NCBI GenBank assembly: GCA_965261945.1
Contig: CBDHEF010000002.1
Coordinates: 1,999,327 to 2,063,326 of the forward strand
Length of the DNA: 64,000 nucleotides
Reading direction: 5' to 3'
Source of the DNA: Dehalococcoidia bacterium
GTDB taxonomy: Bacteria > Chloroflexota > Dehalococcoidia > Lucifugimonadales > UBA3495
Part shown: positions 35,038-44,033 of the stretch, piece after piece
Position numbering within the stretch: the first letter of the stretch is position 1
Layout of the letters: each line of letters starts with the position of its first letter
Position numbers and translations under genes: made by a program
Notes under the pieces: model-generated
Told to the model about the DNA's origin: nothing
Databases searched by the model: none
The model's input: only the letters and a program-made list of their open reading frames with translations

Positions 35038-35781
35038 TTATCGTCGATTGTCTGAATTCACTTCCCAGCGTATTCCGCGGCCGGGGACATCGTAGATTCG
35101 GAATCGCCAGTTCATTTCGGGGCTGAACAGGGGGTACACCATAATGTAGGACTCTTCGCGAAACTGGCCCTTGTCAGCGGGGTTGAGATCACCTGCCATG
35201 TGCAAAAACCGCCGCCATATCTGCCAGCCGGCTCCCGGGTCCTTCAAGAACAGAAACGAGGGCGGACCGGCGTCTCCCTCCTCCTGTTCCGCTATCGGAC
35301 CCAGCGGCAACGGGCTGCCAACCCCGGACCGGGTATCAATGTCCCCTACTATCGTGCTCTCGCCCTGCGGCGGTCGGCCTGGGGATCTCTGGTCAACGGC
35401 ATTCCAGCGGGCGCTGACGTTCCCGTCGCTTATCGGCTGAATAACCATTCTTACCGACTCCGGCCCCACCATTGGATAGGCGCCGCCCCTGATTTCCACC
35501 ACGCGGAAATTCACACCGATATAGTCGTCAAAATTGACGTTTGTGCCTGTGACAGCATGGCGTATCTCCGCACAGGCGCAAAAGGTTGCGTCCGGATAGC
35601 TGTTTGTCCCGAAAATGTCTTCGGAGATTACGAGGCCCGCGACTGCCTCAATCCCCCTGCGAGCGCATTCCTCCATGGGAAGCCCGCTGGGTTCATTCGA
35701 CCATCTGACTATCGTTCCCCAAGTGTCTTTTTTACTGGCTGCCGGGTCGTGACCGCCAGGCAAGTCCTTTGATGGGCTCAT
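35038..35781 (-). CDS. Hypothetical protein (no family recognised)
   Basis: Track ORF 35038..35820. The amino-acid composition looks coding and no signal peptide is present. The start is uncertain. Confidence 0.5.
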   Translation of the reverse strand: MSPSKDLPGGHDPAASKKDTWGTIVRWSNEPSGLPMEECARRGIEAVAGLVISEDIFGTNSYPDATFCACAEIRHAVTGTNVNFDDYIGVNFRVVEIRGGAYPMVGPESVRMVIQPISDGNVSARWNAVDQRSPGRPPQGESTIVGDIDTRSGVGSPLPLGPIAEQEEGDAGPPSFLFLKDPGAGWQIWRRFLHMAGDLNPADKGQFREESYIMVYPLFSPEMNWRFRIYDVPGRGIRWEVNSDNRR

Positions 35782-35905
35782 GGGTACAACCGCCAAGAGT
35801 GGCTCTGCCAAGATAGGCAAGCGGATATATCAATGGGAATGGGCAAGGAAGTCAAGGGCGATTCTACTTGGGCTGCCAGATAGTGTCCAGCCACGGAAGA
35901 GTCGT

Positions 35906-37318
35906 CTATCCGCCCTCGTAAAGCACCGTCTCCGGGGCGAAGGCGGCCCAGGCGAACCAGAAGTGGTTGCCGTGGACGATGGGCGTCAGGGACTGCCCCG
36001 CCAGCGGCCCGGCGACCGCCTGTCCCAGCACGTTCCACGTCGAGCCGGTCTGCTCGTCGGCGAAGCCGTCGCCCTCGGCGCGGAAGGTCAGCGTCTGCCC
36101 GTCCAGCTCGGCCTCGAATACGCCGGTGGAGCCGACGTCCTTGGAGTCCGCGATGCGAGACTGGTCGAGGGCCGAGGCGGTGCCTGGCCGGAACAGCGCC
36201 ACGATGTCCCGCCCATCCGCCGAATAGTTGACGGCCCGCTCCTCCTCCAGCGTCAGGAAGGGGAATGCCAACGGCTGTCCGTCGAGAGTAAGCGCGGCCA
36301 CCCGCTCCATGGGCAGCAGGCGCTCGTCGGGACGGCCCTTGAAGAGGAACGGCGACTGGTCGGCGCGGTCATATCCGCTGTACGGGTTCTGGCCATAGCT
36401 GCGTGAGTGCCCGGTTTCCCGGGAAAGCACATCGGCGTCCGGGAACGCGACTTTGAAGTCGCGCCACGACACTAACTGCGCCGGAAGCAGGTCCAGTTGG
36501 TAGCCCGCATAAGCGCCGACGATGCCCTCGCCTGTAAGTTGCTGCCACCAGCTCTCCGTCTGCCGATCCCACATCACCAGGTCGCTGTGGCGCAGGTTGC
36601 CCGATACGCCGAAGTCCAGCGTCGCCTCTCCCACCCGCCGGTCAAAGGCCACCGCCGAGTTGCACAGCGGGCAGAAAGTGACCGACACCGGCACCCCTCC
36701 CAGCGTATCGTTGGCAATCTCGTGCCAGGTCAGTATCGCCAGGGGATAGGCCCGGGCCGCGCCGTTGATTTCCAGCGCGACCACCGGCTGCACGTCCTCC
36801 AGCCAGGTGTCCGCGTCGGCGATGCTCTCGAACTGCGGGTCGTCCAGCGGCGGGATGCCGTCGCGGGGGACGCCGCCGGAGAGGAATTCGTCGTAGGGGA
36901 CGGTGTGCAGGCTGAAGTTGGTCAGCCACCGCCCCCGGCCAAACCGGGCAGAGTCTAGGGCGTTCTGAAAGTCCGGGTCCGGGTCCACTATCGGGACGGG
37001 CCAGTCCGAAACTGTGGTTGTGGCGGCGGAGGACGCAGCAGTGGCCGATGGCTCTGCCGTTGGCTGATCGGCGGTGGCTGTCGCAGGGGCAGCCGTCATG
37101 GTCCGCCCCGTGGGCCGGGGCGCCGCCGTCGAGGTTGCAACAGGGTCAGCCACGGCAGTCGGGACGTTATGGGTAGCTGCGGGTGTGGTGGTTGGAATAT
37201 CTTCGGGCGGGAGGCCGATTCCGACGCAGGCCAGCGCCAGCAGGCTGAGGGCGGCCAGCATTAAGCCGGCCAGGACGCTGGGCCGGCCGACGCGGCTAAA
37301 AAAGGTTGCCGCGCCCAA
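35906..37318 (-). CDS. DUF3179 domain protein with N-terminal membrane anchor and a low-complexity linker
   Basis: GVPRDGIPPLDDPQFESIADADTWLEDVQPVVALEINGAARAYPLAILTWHEIANDTLGGVPVSVTFCPLCNSAVAFDRRV...FGVSGNLRHSDLVMWDRQTESWWQQ. Confidence 0.85.
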   Translation of the reverse strand: MGAATFFSRVGRPSVLAGLMLAALSLLALACVGIGLPPEDIPTTTPAATHNVPTAVADPVATSTAAPRPTGRTMTAAPATATADQPTAEPSATAASSAATTTVSDWPVPIVDPDPDFQNALDSARFGRGRWLTNFSLHTVPYDEFLSGGVPRDGIPPLDDPQFESIADADTWLEDVQPVVALEINGAARAYPLAILTWHEIANDTLGGVPVSVTFCPLCNSAVAFDRRVGEATLDFGVSGNLRHSDLVMWDRQTESWWQQLTGEGIVGAYAGYQLDLLPAQLVSWRDFKVAFPDADVLSRETGHSRSYGQNPYSGYDRADQSPFLFKGRPDERLLPMERVAALTLDGQPLAFPFLTLEEERAVNYSADGRDIVALFRPGTASALDQSRIADSKDVGSTGVFEAELDGQTLTFRAEGDGFADEQTGSTWNVLGQAVAGPLAGQSLTPIVHGNHFWFAWAAFAPETVLYEGG

Positions 37319-38195
37319 CGGTCAACCAATAAAAGACGATATAGGCTCCGGCAATAACCATGAAGGCGGCGGCGATGGGCTGGATGTAGGGCAGGACGCG
37401 GCGCATCAGGCGCACCATGGCGCCCTTGAATATCGCCATGCCCAAGGTCATCACCATTATCACCAGCCCCATTCCGAAGGCATACAGGAAGAAGTTGCCC
37501 GCCACCTGCAACAGCGAGTCGGTGGCGCTGCCGATGCCCACCACGGCGATGAAGATGGGCAAAGTGCAACTCAAAGACGCGGTGCCATAAGAGAGGCCGA
37601 AGGTGAAGAAGCTGCGGACGCTCACGGTGTTGGGGTTCCCCAAGCGGTCGGCGGCGCGGGCGGCGATGCCGGTGTAGAGCTTGCCGCCCGCCACCATCCA
37701 GGCGCCTGTCCCGACAAGGACGGCGCCGATAATCAGGCCGAGCCAGGGCAGCAGGTCGCTGATGAACGACGCTGACAGCCCCACCGCACCGCCGGCAACT
37801 CCGAAAAGCAGGATGAACCCGGCAGACACCGAACCACCCACCACCAGACCGCGCAGTATCGCGGCTACTGGCCCGGGGCGGTCCTCCTCTGCCAGGTTGG
37901 AGCCGAGATACAGCCCCAAGTAGGCGGGGAGCATGGCAAACCCGCAGGGATTGACCGCCGAGGCCATACCGGCTGCGAATGCGAACAGGGCGGTGCCCCC
38001 AATCAGACCGCCGAGAAACTTCTGGGAGTTCCCCGACAGCTTGCCCTCGACGAACAGATTGACCGGGTCAATCCCGCCCCCGCTGCCGGCCGCCAACGCG
38101 CCGCCAACGGCCACAGCCAGCGCCGCCGCCGCGACCAGGGCCGTTACCGTCCAGGTGCGCCCCTGACCCGCCAGATACCTTTCTATTACAGCCAC
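37296..38195 (-). CDS. Cytochrome c biogenesis CcdA/DsbD-type thiol-disulfide transporter
   Basis: FAFAAGMASAVNPCGFAMLPAYLGLYLG ... FGLSYGTASLSCTLPIFIAVVG (two conserved Cys-containing TM segments). Confidence 0.85.
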   Translation of the reverse strand: MAVIERYLAGQGRTWTVTALVAAAALAVAVGGALAAGSGGGIDPVNLFVEGKLSGNSQKFLGGLIGGTALFAFAAGMASAVNPCGFAMLPAYLGLYLGSNLAEEDRPGPVAAILRGLVVGGSVSAGFILLFGVAGGAVGLSASFISDLLPWLGLIIGAVLVGTGAWMVAGGKLYTGIAARAADRLGNPNTVSVRSFFTFGLSYGTASLSCTLPIFIAVVGIGSATDSLLQVAGNFFLYAFGMGLVIMVMTLGMAIFKGAMVRLMRRVLPYIQPIAAAFMVIAGAYIVFYWLTVGRGNLF

Positions 38196-38268
38196 CTGAC
38201 CACCACTCGCCGATGCAATGCTTATAGATTGAATACGCTATGAAAATAGCAATGGATTTCCGGGAACT

Positions 38269-38308
38269 CCCTCACCCTAACTCTCTCCCAGGGGGAGAGA
38301 GGACTTTT
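38269..38308. repeat. Family-A repeat, half copy
   Basis: ccctcaccctaactctctcccagggggagagaggactttt. Confidence 0.5.
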
Positions 38309-38322
38309 ATTATCAGAGATTT

Positions 38323-39246
38323 TTACCGGAAGGGCTGAGGGTCGAAGATTCCGGGCGGGGCCAGACCCTCAAAGCGCTCCGGGTGCAGGACTTCGGCCAG
38401 CCCTTCCAGCACGTCCACGACACGCGGCCCGTGACGGCTGGGGATGCGCCCGTCGAACACGTGGGCCCGTCCGTCGCGCACTGCCGGCAGGTCATCCCAG
38501 CCGGGCAGTATTGTCAGCTTGTCCTCAGCTTCCTGCCGCGAGCGTTCCGGGCCGAAGGCGCAGGGCATGATCATCAGATACTCCGGCGCGTAATTCCGCA
38601 CCTCGTCCCATGACAGCTCCCGGGAGTGTCCGCGCGGAATGGCCAGCCCTTCCTCACCGCCGGCCATCTCCGAAATCTCCGGCAGCCATTGCCCGGTATT
38701 GCGCAGCGGGTCCAGCCAGTCCAGACATACGACACGGGGGCGCCTGGCATCCGGGGGCACTCCGTCCGTTACCCTCTCGACCCGCGCTTCCAGCGACTCG
38801 CGCAACTCGCTGCCTCGCCCAGGGACTCCGGCGGCGTTGGCGAGGTTTGTGACATTTTGCAGGATGTCTTCGATCCCGCTGGGGCGGATGCTCAGTATCT
38901 CCGGCTGGTAGTCCAGCGCCCTGGCCGCCGTCTCGAAGACCGAGCCGCTGGCAATGGCGCAGACCTCGCAGAGTTCCTGCGTGATTATCAGGTCGGGGCG
39001 CAGGCGGGCCAGCAGCTCCTCGTCGATCCAGTACATGGGGTTGTTGTTGGCGCGGGCCTGCTGCACCAGTGCGTCAATCTCTCCGCTGTCCAGGTGATTG
39101 ATGTTCCGCAGGCTGTGGCTGACCACCGGTCGCGCCGCCGCCTCTTCGGGGTAGTCGCAGGCATAGGACACGCCCACCAAGTCGTCGCCCAACCCCAGGG
39201 CGAACACCATCTCGGTAGCGCTGGGAAGCAGAGAGGCTATACGCAT
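38323..39246 (-). CDS. Periplasmic-binding-protein type 2 (BtuF/cobalamin- or siderophore-binding-like) protein, no obvious signal peptide
   Basis: MRIASLLPSATEMVFALGLGDDLVGVSYACDYP...RLRPDLIITQELCEVC. GAGGATGG precedes the ATG at 39246. Confidence 0.75.
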   Translation of the reverse strand: MRIASLLPSATEMVFALGLGDDLVGVSYACDYPEEAAARPVVSHSLRNINHLDSGEIDALVQQARANNNPMYWIDEELLARLRPDLIITQELCEVCAIASGSVFETAARALDYQPEILSIRPSGIEDILQNVTNLANAAGVPGRGSELRESLEARVERVTDGVPPDARRPRVVCLDWLDPLRNTGQWLPEISEMAGGEEGLAIPRGHSRELSWDEVRNYAPEYLMIMPCAFGPERSRQEAEDKLTILPGWDDLPAVRDGRAHVFDGRIPSRHGPRVVDVLEGLAEVLHPERFEGLAPPGIFDPQPFR

Positions 39247-39314
39247 CGGCCCATCCTCGGTTCTGCAAGTGCCGTCAGTATAAATCTGCGTTCCGGCGGC
39301 ACACAAGTTAAGTC

Positions 39315-40436
39315 TCACGCGGGTTCTGGCGGTTGCAAAACCGCAACGTCGCCCTGGTAAATGTAATCTTGTAAATTCTTTAGATGTGGGTCCAGTGCCG
39401 CTATCACTGCGTTATCCCGTTGCTCTTCAATCAAATTCCTCACGAATCGCACAAGACTTTCTGCGTTATGGGATTTGTGCGGTGGCCACCAGTTATTCGT
39501 AACATAGTACCGTCCCCCGTACAGTCGGCTCCAATACCTCTGGTGACCGCTGATCTCTCTCCCTTCTTCCTGGCGACGCAATAGGGAGAAGCCACCGAGT
39601 TGCAAATCCATGACGTCGCGGCAGTATGCCAGGTCTGTCAGGTTCCGCAAACGACCTTCGCCCAATAGCGTGGGTTGATCGTCCAAGAGTGTCCGCATCA
39701 AGCCTCGGACAATGCCCTGAAACTTGTCGCTTGGCGTGTACCGGCTAGACCCTTGCTGGTTTTTCAGGATCTTTCTATGTTTCCCCAATTTTTGCGGGGG
39801 CTGGGAAATGCGGCTTGGGCGATCGTTTTCCGCCAAACTCAACAGCTTCACTGACCTGACAAACAATTCAGAAGTGTCGGCAACGGATTCGGCGCTTTTC
39901 AAAGTCGGAGCCAGCATCTCGCTTGCGAACCTCTCGTTGGTCAGCAGATGCCAACGAATGGACGGATACGCTTCCTGCAATCTGCTGAATACGTCCTCCA
40001 GAGGCCCCTGAACTCCGCGGTGCACTTTGGGGGAAACGAAATAGATGTCCCGCTTGGTATCCGACGGATGGTAGGCGTCCAGGACCAGCTTTGTCCGAAG
40101 CAACTTCTTCAAGACTCTTATATGTGGGCCTCCTACGTAATTCAGCCCCGCCTCATGAAAGGCGACTTCCATTGCGTGAACCCCGCCATCTTGGTCCACG
40201 CCCACCACGTCAATTTCCGCCTGCCGCAAGAATTGACCGCTATCTTTTGTCCCCTTGAAGACGCGGCCGTCGCGATCAAATCGTTCTCGCATTTCTTGGA
40301 ACGCGCTCTCCAAAGCGTCATCCCCCATACCATTGGTCCAGGGCACTGACGCCTTCCAGTTGGCCTGTACCAGCCAGCACTGCTTGACATGCCGCAAATA
40401 GGAATATCCGAGGGATTCGCCAATCTCGATTTTCAT
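39315..40436 (-). CDS. Orphan 373-aa hypothetical protein (lower GC); function unknown
   Basis: The real start is MKIEIGESLGYSYLRHVKQCWLVQANW... at 40436 (cat at 40434-36). The upstream 342 codons of track ORF 39315..41462 are antisense to folD. The C-terminal part contains an aromatic motif, HQRYWSRLYGGRYYVTNNWWPP. Confidence 0.6.
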   Translation of the reverse strand: MKIEIGESLGYSYLRHVKQCWLVQANWKASVPWTNGMGDDALESAFQEMRERFDRDGRVFKGTKDSGQFLRQAEIDVVGVDQDGGVHAMEVAFHEAGLNYVGGPHIRVLKKLLRTKLVLDAYHPSDTKRDIYFVSPKVHRGVQGPLEDVFSRLQEAYPSIRWHLLTNERFASEMLAPTLKSAESVADTSELFVRSVKLLSLAENDRPSRISQPPQKLGKHRKILKNQQGSSRYTPSDKFQGIVRGLMRTLLDDQPTLLGEGRLRNLTDLAYCRDVMDLQLGGFSLLRRQEEGREISGHQRYWSRLYGGRYYVTNNWWPPHKSHNAESLVRFVRNLIEEQRDNAVIAALDPHLKNLQDYIYQGDVAVLQPPEPA

Positions 40437-40559
40437 TGCCTTTTTCTTCTCCGCAGTATACCCGGCATCATAGGGCCATCCTTGTACTGCCGCGCCTAAC
40501 CGCTCACCGATGCAGCGCCATGATACACGCCATGATACAATCTCCCAACATAAGCTGCA

Positions 40560-41465
40560 TTGGGAGACGTGGCGGTGGCGGCCAAGATTTTGTCCGGGAG
40601 CGACCTGTCGGCTGAGATACGCGGCGAAGTCGCGTCCGGCGTTGTCGAGATGCAGGAGAAGCACGGAGTGACGCCCGGCCTGGCGGTGGTGCTGGTGGGC
40701 GGCGACCCGGCGTCGGCGGTGTATGTTGCCAACAAACGGAGAGCCTGCCAGCAGGCCGGACTGTTCAGCGATTCCGTTCACCTGCCCGGCACGGCGACCG
40801 AAGCTGAAATCCTTGCGGCCGTCAATGGGTACAGCGAAGACCCGCGAATTCACGGCATCCTGGTGCAGCTCCCTTTGCCTGGCGGGATTGACCAGTACCG
40901 CATAGTCGAAGCCATCGCCCCGTACAAGGACGTTGACGGCATCCATCCCTACAACCTGGGCAAGCTGCTCCAGGGCCGCCCCGACTTCGCGCCCTGCACC
41001 CCCGCCGGCATCGTCGAACTGCTGATACGCAACGGCCACGACCCCAACGGCGCCAACGTGGCGATATGCGGGCGCAGCGACATCGTGGGCAAGCCGCTGG
41101 CGGCCCTGCTGATGCAGCGAGGGCGCGGCGGCAACGCCACGGTCACCGTCTGCCACACCCGCACCCTCAACCTGGGCGACGTCACCCGCAATGCCGACAT
41201 ACTGGTGGCGGCAATTGGGCGGCCTGCGGCTATTACGGCCGATATGGTCAGGGATGGCGCGGTGGTAGTCGACGTGGGCATCAACCGCGTCCCGGATGGC
41301 TCGGCCCGGCGCGGCTACCGGCTGATGGGCGACGTGGATTTCGAGGCGGTCTCCGAAAAGGCCGCGGCCATAACGCCCGTCCCAGGCGGCGTCGGCCCCA
41401 TGACCATCGCCATGCTGCTGGTCAACACCCTCACCGCCGCCCGCATCAGCATCCACGGGCATTAG
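40560..41465 (+). CDS. folD: Bifunctional methylenetetrahydrofolate dehydrogenase/cyclohydrolase
   Basis: AAKILSGSDLSAEIRGEVASGVVEMQEKHGVTPGLAVVLVGGDPASAVYVANKRRACQQAGL...IHGILVQLPLP...PCTPAGIVELL...GRSDIVGKPLAALL. The true start may be the GTG at 40569 or 40575. Confidence 0.9.
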   Translation: MGDVAVAAKILSGSDLSAEIRGEVASGVVEMQEKHGVTPGLAVVLVGGDPASAVYVANKRRACQQAGLFSDSVHLPGTATEAEILAAVNGYSEDPRIHGILVQLPLPGGIDQYRIVEAIAPYKDVDGIHPYNLGKLLQGRPDFAPCTPAGIVELLIRNGHDPNGANVAICGRSDIVGKPLAALLMQRGRGGNATVTVCHTRTLNLGDVTRNADILVAAIGRPAAITADMVRDGAVVVDVGINRVPDGSARRGYRLMGDVDFEAVSEKAAAITPVPGGVGPMTIAMLLVNTLTAARISIHGH

Positions 41466-41472
41466 TCGCTCC

Positions 41473-42615
41473 GTGCATTCCAGGCAACCGGACTTGTCCG
41501 TGCGAACCAGCGATTTCGACTACGAACTGCCCTCCGAACTCATTGCCCAGACGCCAGTGGAGCCGCGCGATTCTTCCCGCCTGCTGATGCTGGACCGGGC
41601 CACCGGCAGGACGGAGCACCGCAGCTTTACCGATATTCCGGGCTATCTGCGCCCCGGCGACCTGATGGTATTCAACCAGAGCCGGGTGATTCCCGCCCGG
41701 CTGTTCGGAGTGCGCGACGACAACGGCGGGCGGGTGGAGTTGCTGCTGCTGCGCCGCGAGGCCGAGGGCGTGTGGGAGGCGCTGGCCCGCCCGGGCCGCC
41801 GCCTGCGCCCCGGCGCGACTGTAACTGTAATTCCACCCGGCAGGGAATTCCCCCAATCCAGCCTTCCCCCTGCTGGGGAGGAAGACAGACCAGACGCACC
41901 CCTGACCGTCGAAATCCTGGAATCGCGGGCCAACGGAGCCAAGGCTGTCCGGCTGTCATCGGAGGATGCGATCGATCGCATGGGGCATACGCCGCTGCCG
42001 CCCTACATCCGCCGGACGCTGGAGGACCCGGAGCGCTACCAGACGGTCTACGCCCGCCAGCCCGGCAGCGCCGCCGCCCCTACCGCGGGCCTGCATTTCA
42101 CGCCGGAATTGCTCTCCCGCATCCGCGCCGCCGGAGTGGAGACCGCGTTTGTCACGCTGCACGTCGGGCTGGATACCTTCCGTCCCATTCAGGAGGAAGA
42201 CCCCACGAAGCACACCATACACACGGAGCGCTACTCCCTGGACAGCGACGCAGCCGACGCCCTGAACCGCGCCCGGGGCGAGGGCAGGCGCACCATTGCC
42301 GTCGGAACCACCAGCGTCCGCGTGCTGGAGCAGGCCGCCGCCGACGCCGCGAGGGATGGCCGGGCAGTCTTCGCGCCGGTGGAGGCCGACGCCGGCATTT
42401 ATATCCTCCCCGGCCACCGCTTCCGCGCCGTGGACGCGACGCTCACCAACTTCCACCTGCCCCGCTCGACCCTGCTGATGCTGGTCTCGGCCTTCGCCCA
42501 GCACGGAGCGGACGAGGGAACTTCGGGACGGGACATGATACTGGGTGTCTACACCGAGGCCATCCGGCAGCGTTACCGCTTCTACAGCTTCGGCGACGCC
42601 ATGCTGATTGTGTAG
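41473..42615 (+). CDS. queA: S-adenosylmethionine:tRNA ribosyltransferase-isomerase
   Basis: SDFDYELPSELIAQTPVEPRDSSRLLMLDR...GDLMVFNQSRVIPARL...MGHTPLPPYI...YQTVYA...GSAAAPTAGLHFT...LHVGLDTF...VGTTSVRVLE. An alternative GTG start lies at 41500. Confidence 0.9.
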   Translation: MHSRQPDLSVRTSDFDYELPSELIAQTPVEPRDSSRLLMLDRATGRTEHRSFTDIPGYLRPGDLMVFNQSRVIPARLFGVRDDNGGRVELLLLRREAEGVWEALARPGRRLRPGATVTVIPPGREFPQSSLPPAGEEDRPDAPLTVEILESRANGAKAVRLSSEDAIDRMGHTPLPPYIRRTLEDPERYQTVYARQPGSAAAPTAGLHFTPELLSRIRAAGVETAFVTLHVGLDTFRPIQEEDPTKHTIHTERYSLDSDAADALNRARGEGRRTIAVGTTSVRVLEQAAADAARDGRAVFAPVEADAGIYILPGHRFRAVDATLTNFHLPRSTLLMLVSAFAQHGADEGTSGRDMILGVYTEAIRQRYRFYSFGDAMLIV

Positions 42616-42651
42616 CCGGGTCGGGCTGGCCTTCGGGTGAGTCGCAACCGT

Positions 42652-43446
42652 TCAGCCGACGCTCAAACGGATGTCGCCCAGCCCCTCGAAGGTGAAGGCT
42701 GCTTCGTCGCCGGGGTTCAGGAACTTGGTGCTTACAATGCTGCCGGTCATCACCAGCATACCCGGTTGCAATTCCTTGCCTCTCCCGGCCAGGGTATTGG
42801 CCAGCCAGGCCAGCGCGTCCAGAGGATGCCCCAGCACGTCGCGCCCGTAGCCCTCACCGGCAGGCTGCCCGTTGATGGTCATCGCGCCCTTGGAGCCTTC
42901 CAGGTCGAGGTTCTGCCAGTCCGCCTGTTCCCGCCCCAGCACCACGCCGGCGTTCCAGGCGTTGTCGGCGGCGACTCCCAGGAAGTAGAGATTGCTGTAA
43001 TCGGCCCCCCGGTCGTCCACCAGCTCGAAGGCGGGCATCAGGGCGCCCACCGCCGCCGCCACGCCGTCGCGGCCATAGGGGGCGCCACTGGCGGGCAGGC
43101 CCGATTGCAGGCGCACCGCGACCTCGCACTCCGCCCCCAGCCGGACGTAGCCGGCGGCCTTCACCGCCGCCGGGGAGTGATGCACACCGCTCTCGAAGAC
43201 CGCCCCGGCGCAGGGGGCGTCGAACCCGACCATACGCTGCATCACCGGCGTGGTGAGCGCAATCTTGTAGCCGACGATTGCCCCTCGCTCCGGCGCCAGC
43301 AAAGACTGAAACGCCTCCTGCATATCGTAGGCTTCCTCGATGGTGGCAGGCGAGATGTCATCGGGCAGCGGCTGGTAGGGCTGCCGGTCGCGGTGTACCT
43401 CAAACAGATGCCGGGCCGCTCTTTCCGCCTTGCTCAGTTGGGCCAT
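42652..43446 (-). CDS. 2-keto-4-pentenoate hydratase / FAH-family hydratase
   Basis: IEEAYDMQEAFQSLLAPERGAIVGYKIALTTPVMQRMVGFDAPCAGAVF...ECEVAVRL...PAFELVDDR...GMLVMTGSI. GGAGG precedes the ATG at 43446. Confidence 0.8.
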   Translation of the reverse strand: MAQLSKAERAARHLFEVHRDRQPYQPLPDDISPATIEEAYDMQEAFQSLLAPERGAIVGYKIALTTPVMQRMVGFDAPCAGAVFESGVHHSPAAVKAAGYVRLGAECEVAVRLQSGLPASGAPYGRDGVAAAVGALMPAFELVDDRGADYSNLYFLGVAADNAWNAGVVLGREQADWQNLDLEGSKGAMTINGQPAGEGYGRDVLGHPLDALAWLANTLAGRGKELQPGMLVMTGSIVSTKFLNPGDEAAFTFEGLGDIRLSVG

Positions 43447-43473
43447 TACGGGACCTCCACAGCGTATGATCAT

Positions 43474-43510
43474 GTTCCCTCTCCCTTTGGGAGAAGGTAA
43501 GGGTAAGGGC
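43474..43510. repeat. Family-A repeat, half copy
   Basis: gttccctctccctttgggagaaggtaagggtaagggc. Confidence 0.5.
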
Positions 43511-43529
43511 ATACCCTGCACTATGCGAA

Positions 43530-43901
43530 TTATACAAGTTGCAGCAGTTGCAGCGTGTTTCCGTCGGGATCGCGGAAGGTGGCGACCCAGCCTCCCCAAC
43601 TCTCCTGTTCCGGGTGCCGTATGAACTCCACCCCCGCCTCGGCCAGCCGGGCCGCGACGGCGTGGATGTCGGCCACGCCCAGGTGGGGCATGAAACGGAA
43701 GGGGTCTTTCGACACCCCTGAAACCCGGTCGTGCAGCCCGATATTGAAGCGCACCTCGCCCCCCCCGGGTCCAACCAGAGAGAAGGCGATGAAGTCGGGA
43801 TGCCGGGAGTGCAGGGGCAGTTGCAGCACATCGTTGTAGAAGCGAAACATCCGCTTCAGGTCGTCAGTCCAGAATGTGACGCCCACGACTCCTGTAATCA
43901 T
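43530..43901 (-). CDS. VOC (glyoxalase/bleomycin-resistance) family protein
   Basis: MITGVVGVTFWTDDLKRMFRFYNDVLQLPL...PHLGVADIHAVAARLAEAGVEFIRHPEQESWGGWVATFRDPDGNTLQLLQL. Confidence 0.8.
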   Translation of the reverse strand: MITGVVGVTFWTDDLKRMFRFYNDVLQLPLHSRHPDFIAFSLVGPGGGEVRFNIGLHDRVSGVSKDPFRFMPHLGVADIHAVAARLAEAGVEFIRHPEQESWGGWVATFRDPDGNTLQLLQLV

Positions 43902-44033
43902 TGCCGAAACCTCCGCAAAACGAAACCGGCCAGTGCGAGACACCGGCCGGTTTCTCCATTACTCTCACAGCACTGCTACGCCCCCACCCTGACCGTCTAC
44001 CGGAGGGGGAGGGAGCAATGTGGCGTGGCCCGT

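Noticed and set aside
40437-41462. N-terminal 342 codons of the 715-aa minus-strand ORF 39315..41462
   Set aside because: Arg/Gly/Ala-rich shadow, exactly antisense to a clear folD. A real start with coherent sequence begins at 40436.
41772-43500. ORFs 41772..42695 (+, 307 aa) and 42637..43500 (+, 287 aa)
   Set aside because: An alternative frame of queA and the antisense of the 2-keto-4-pentenoate hydratase gene. Arg/Pro/Gly-rich.
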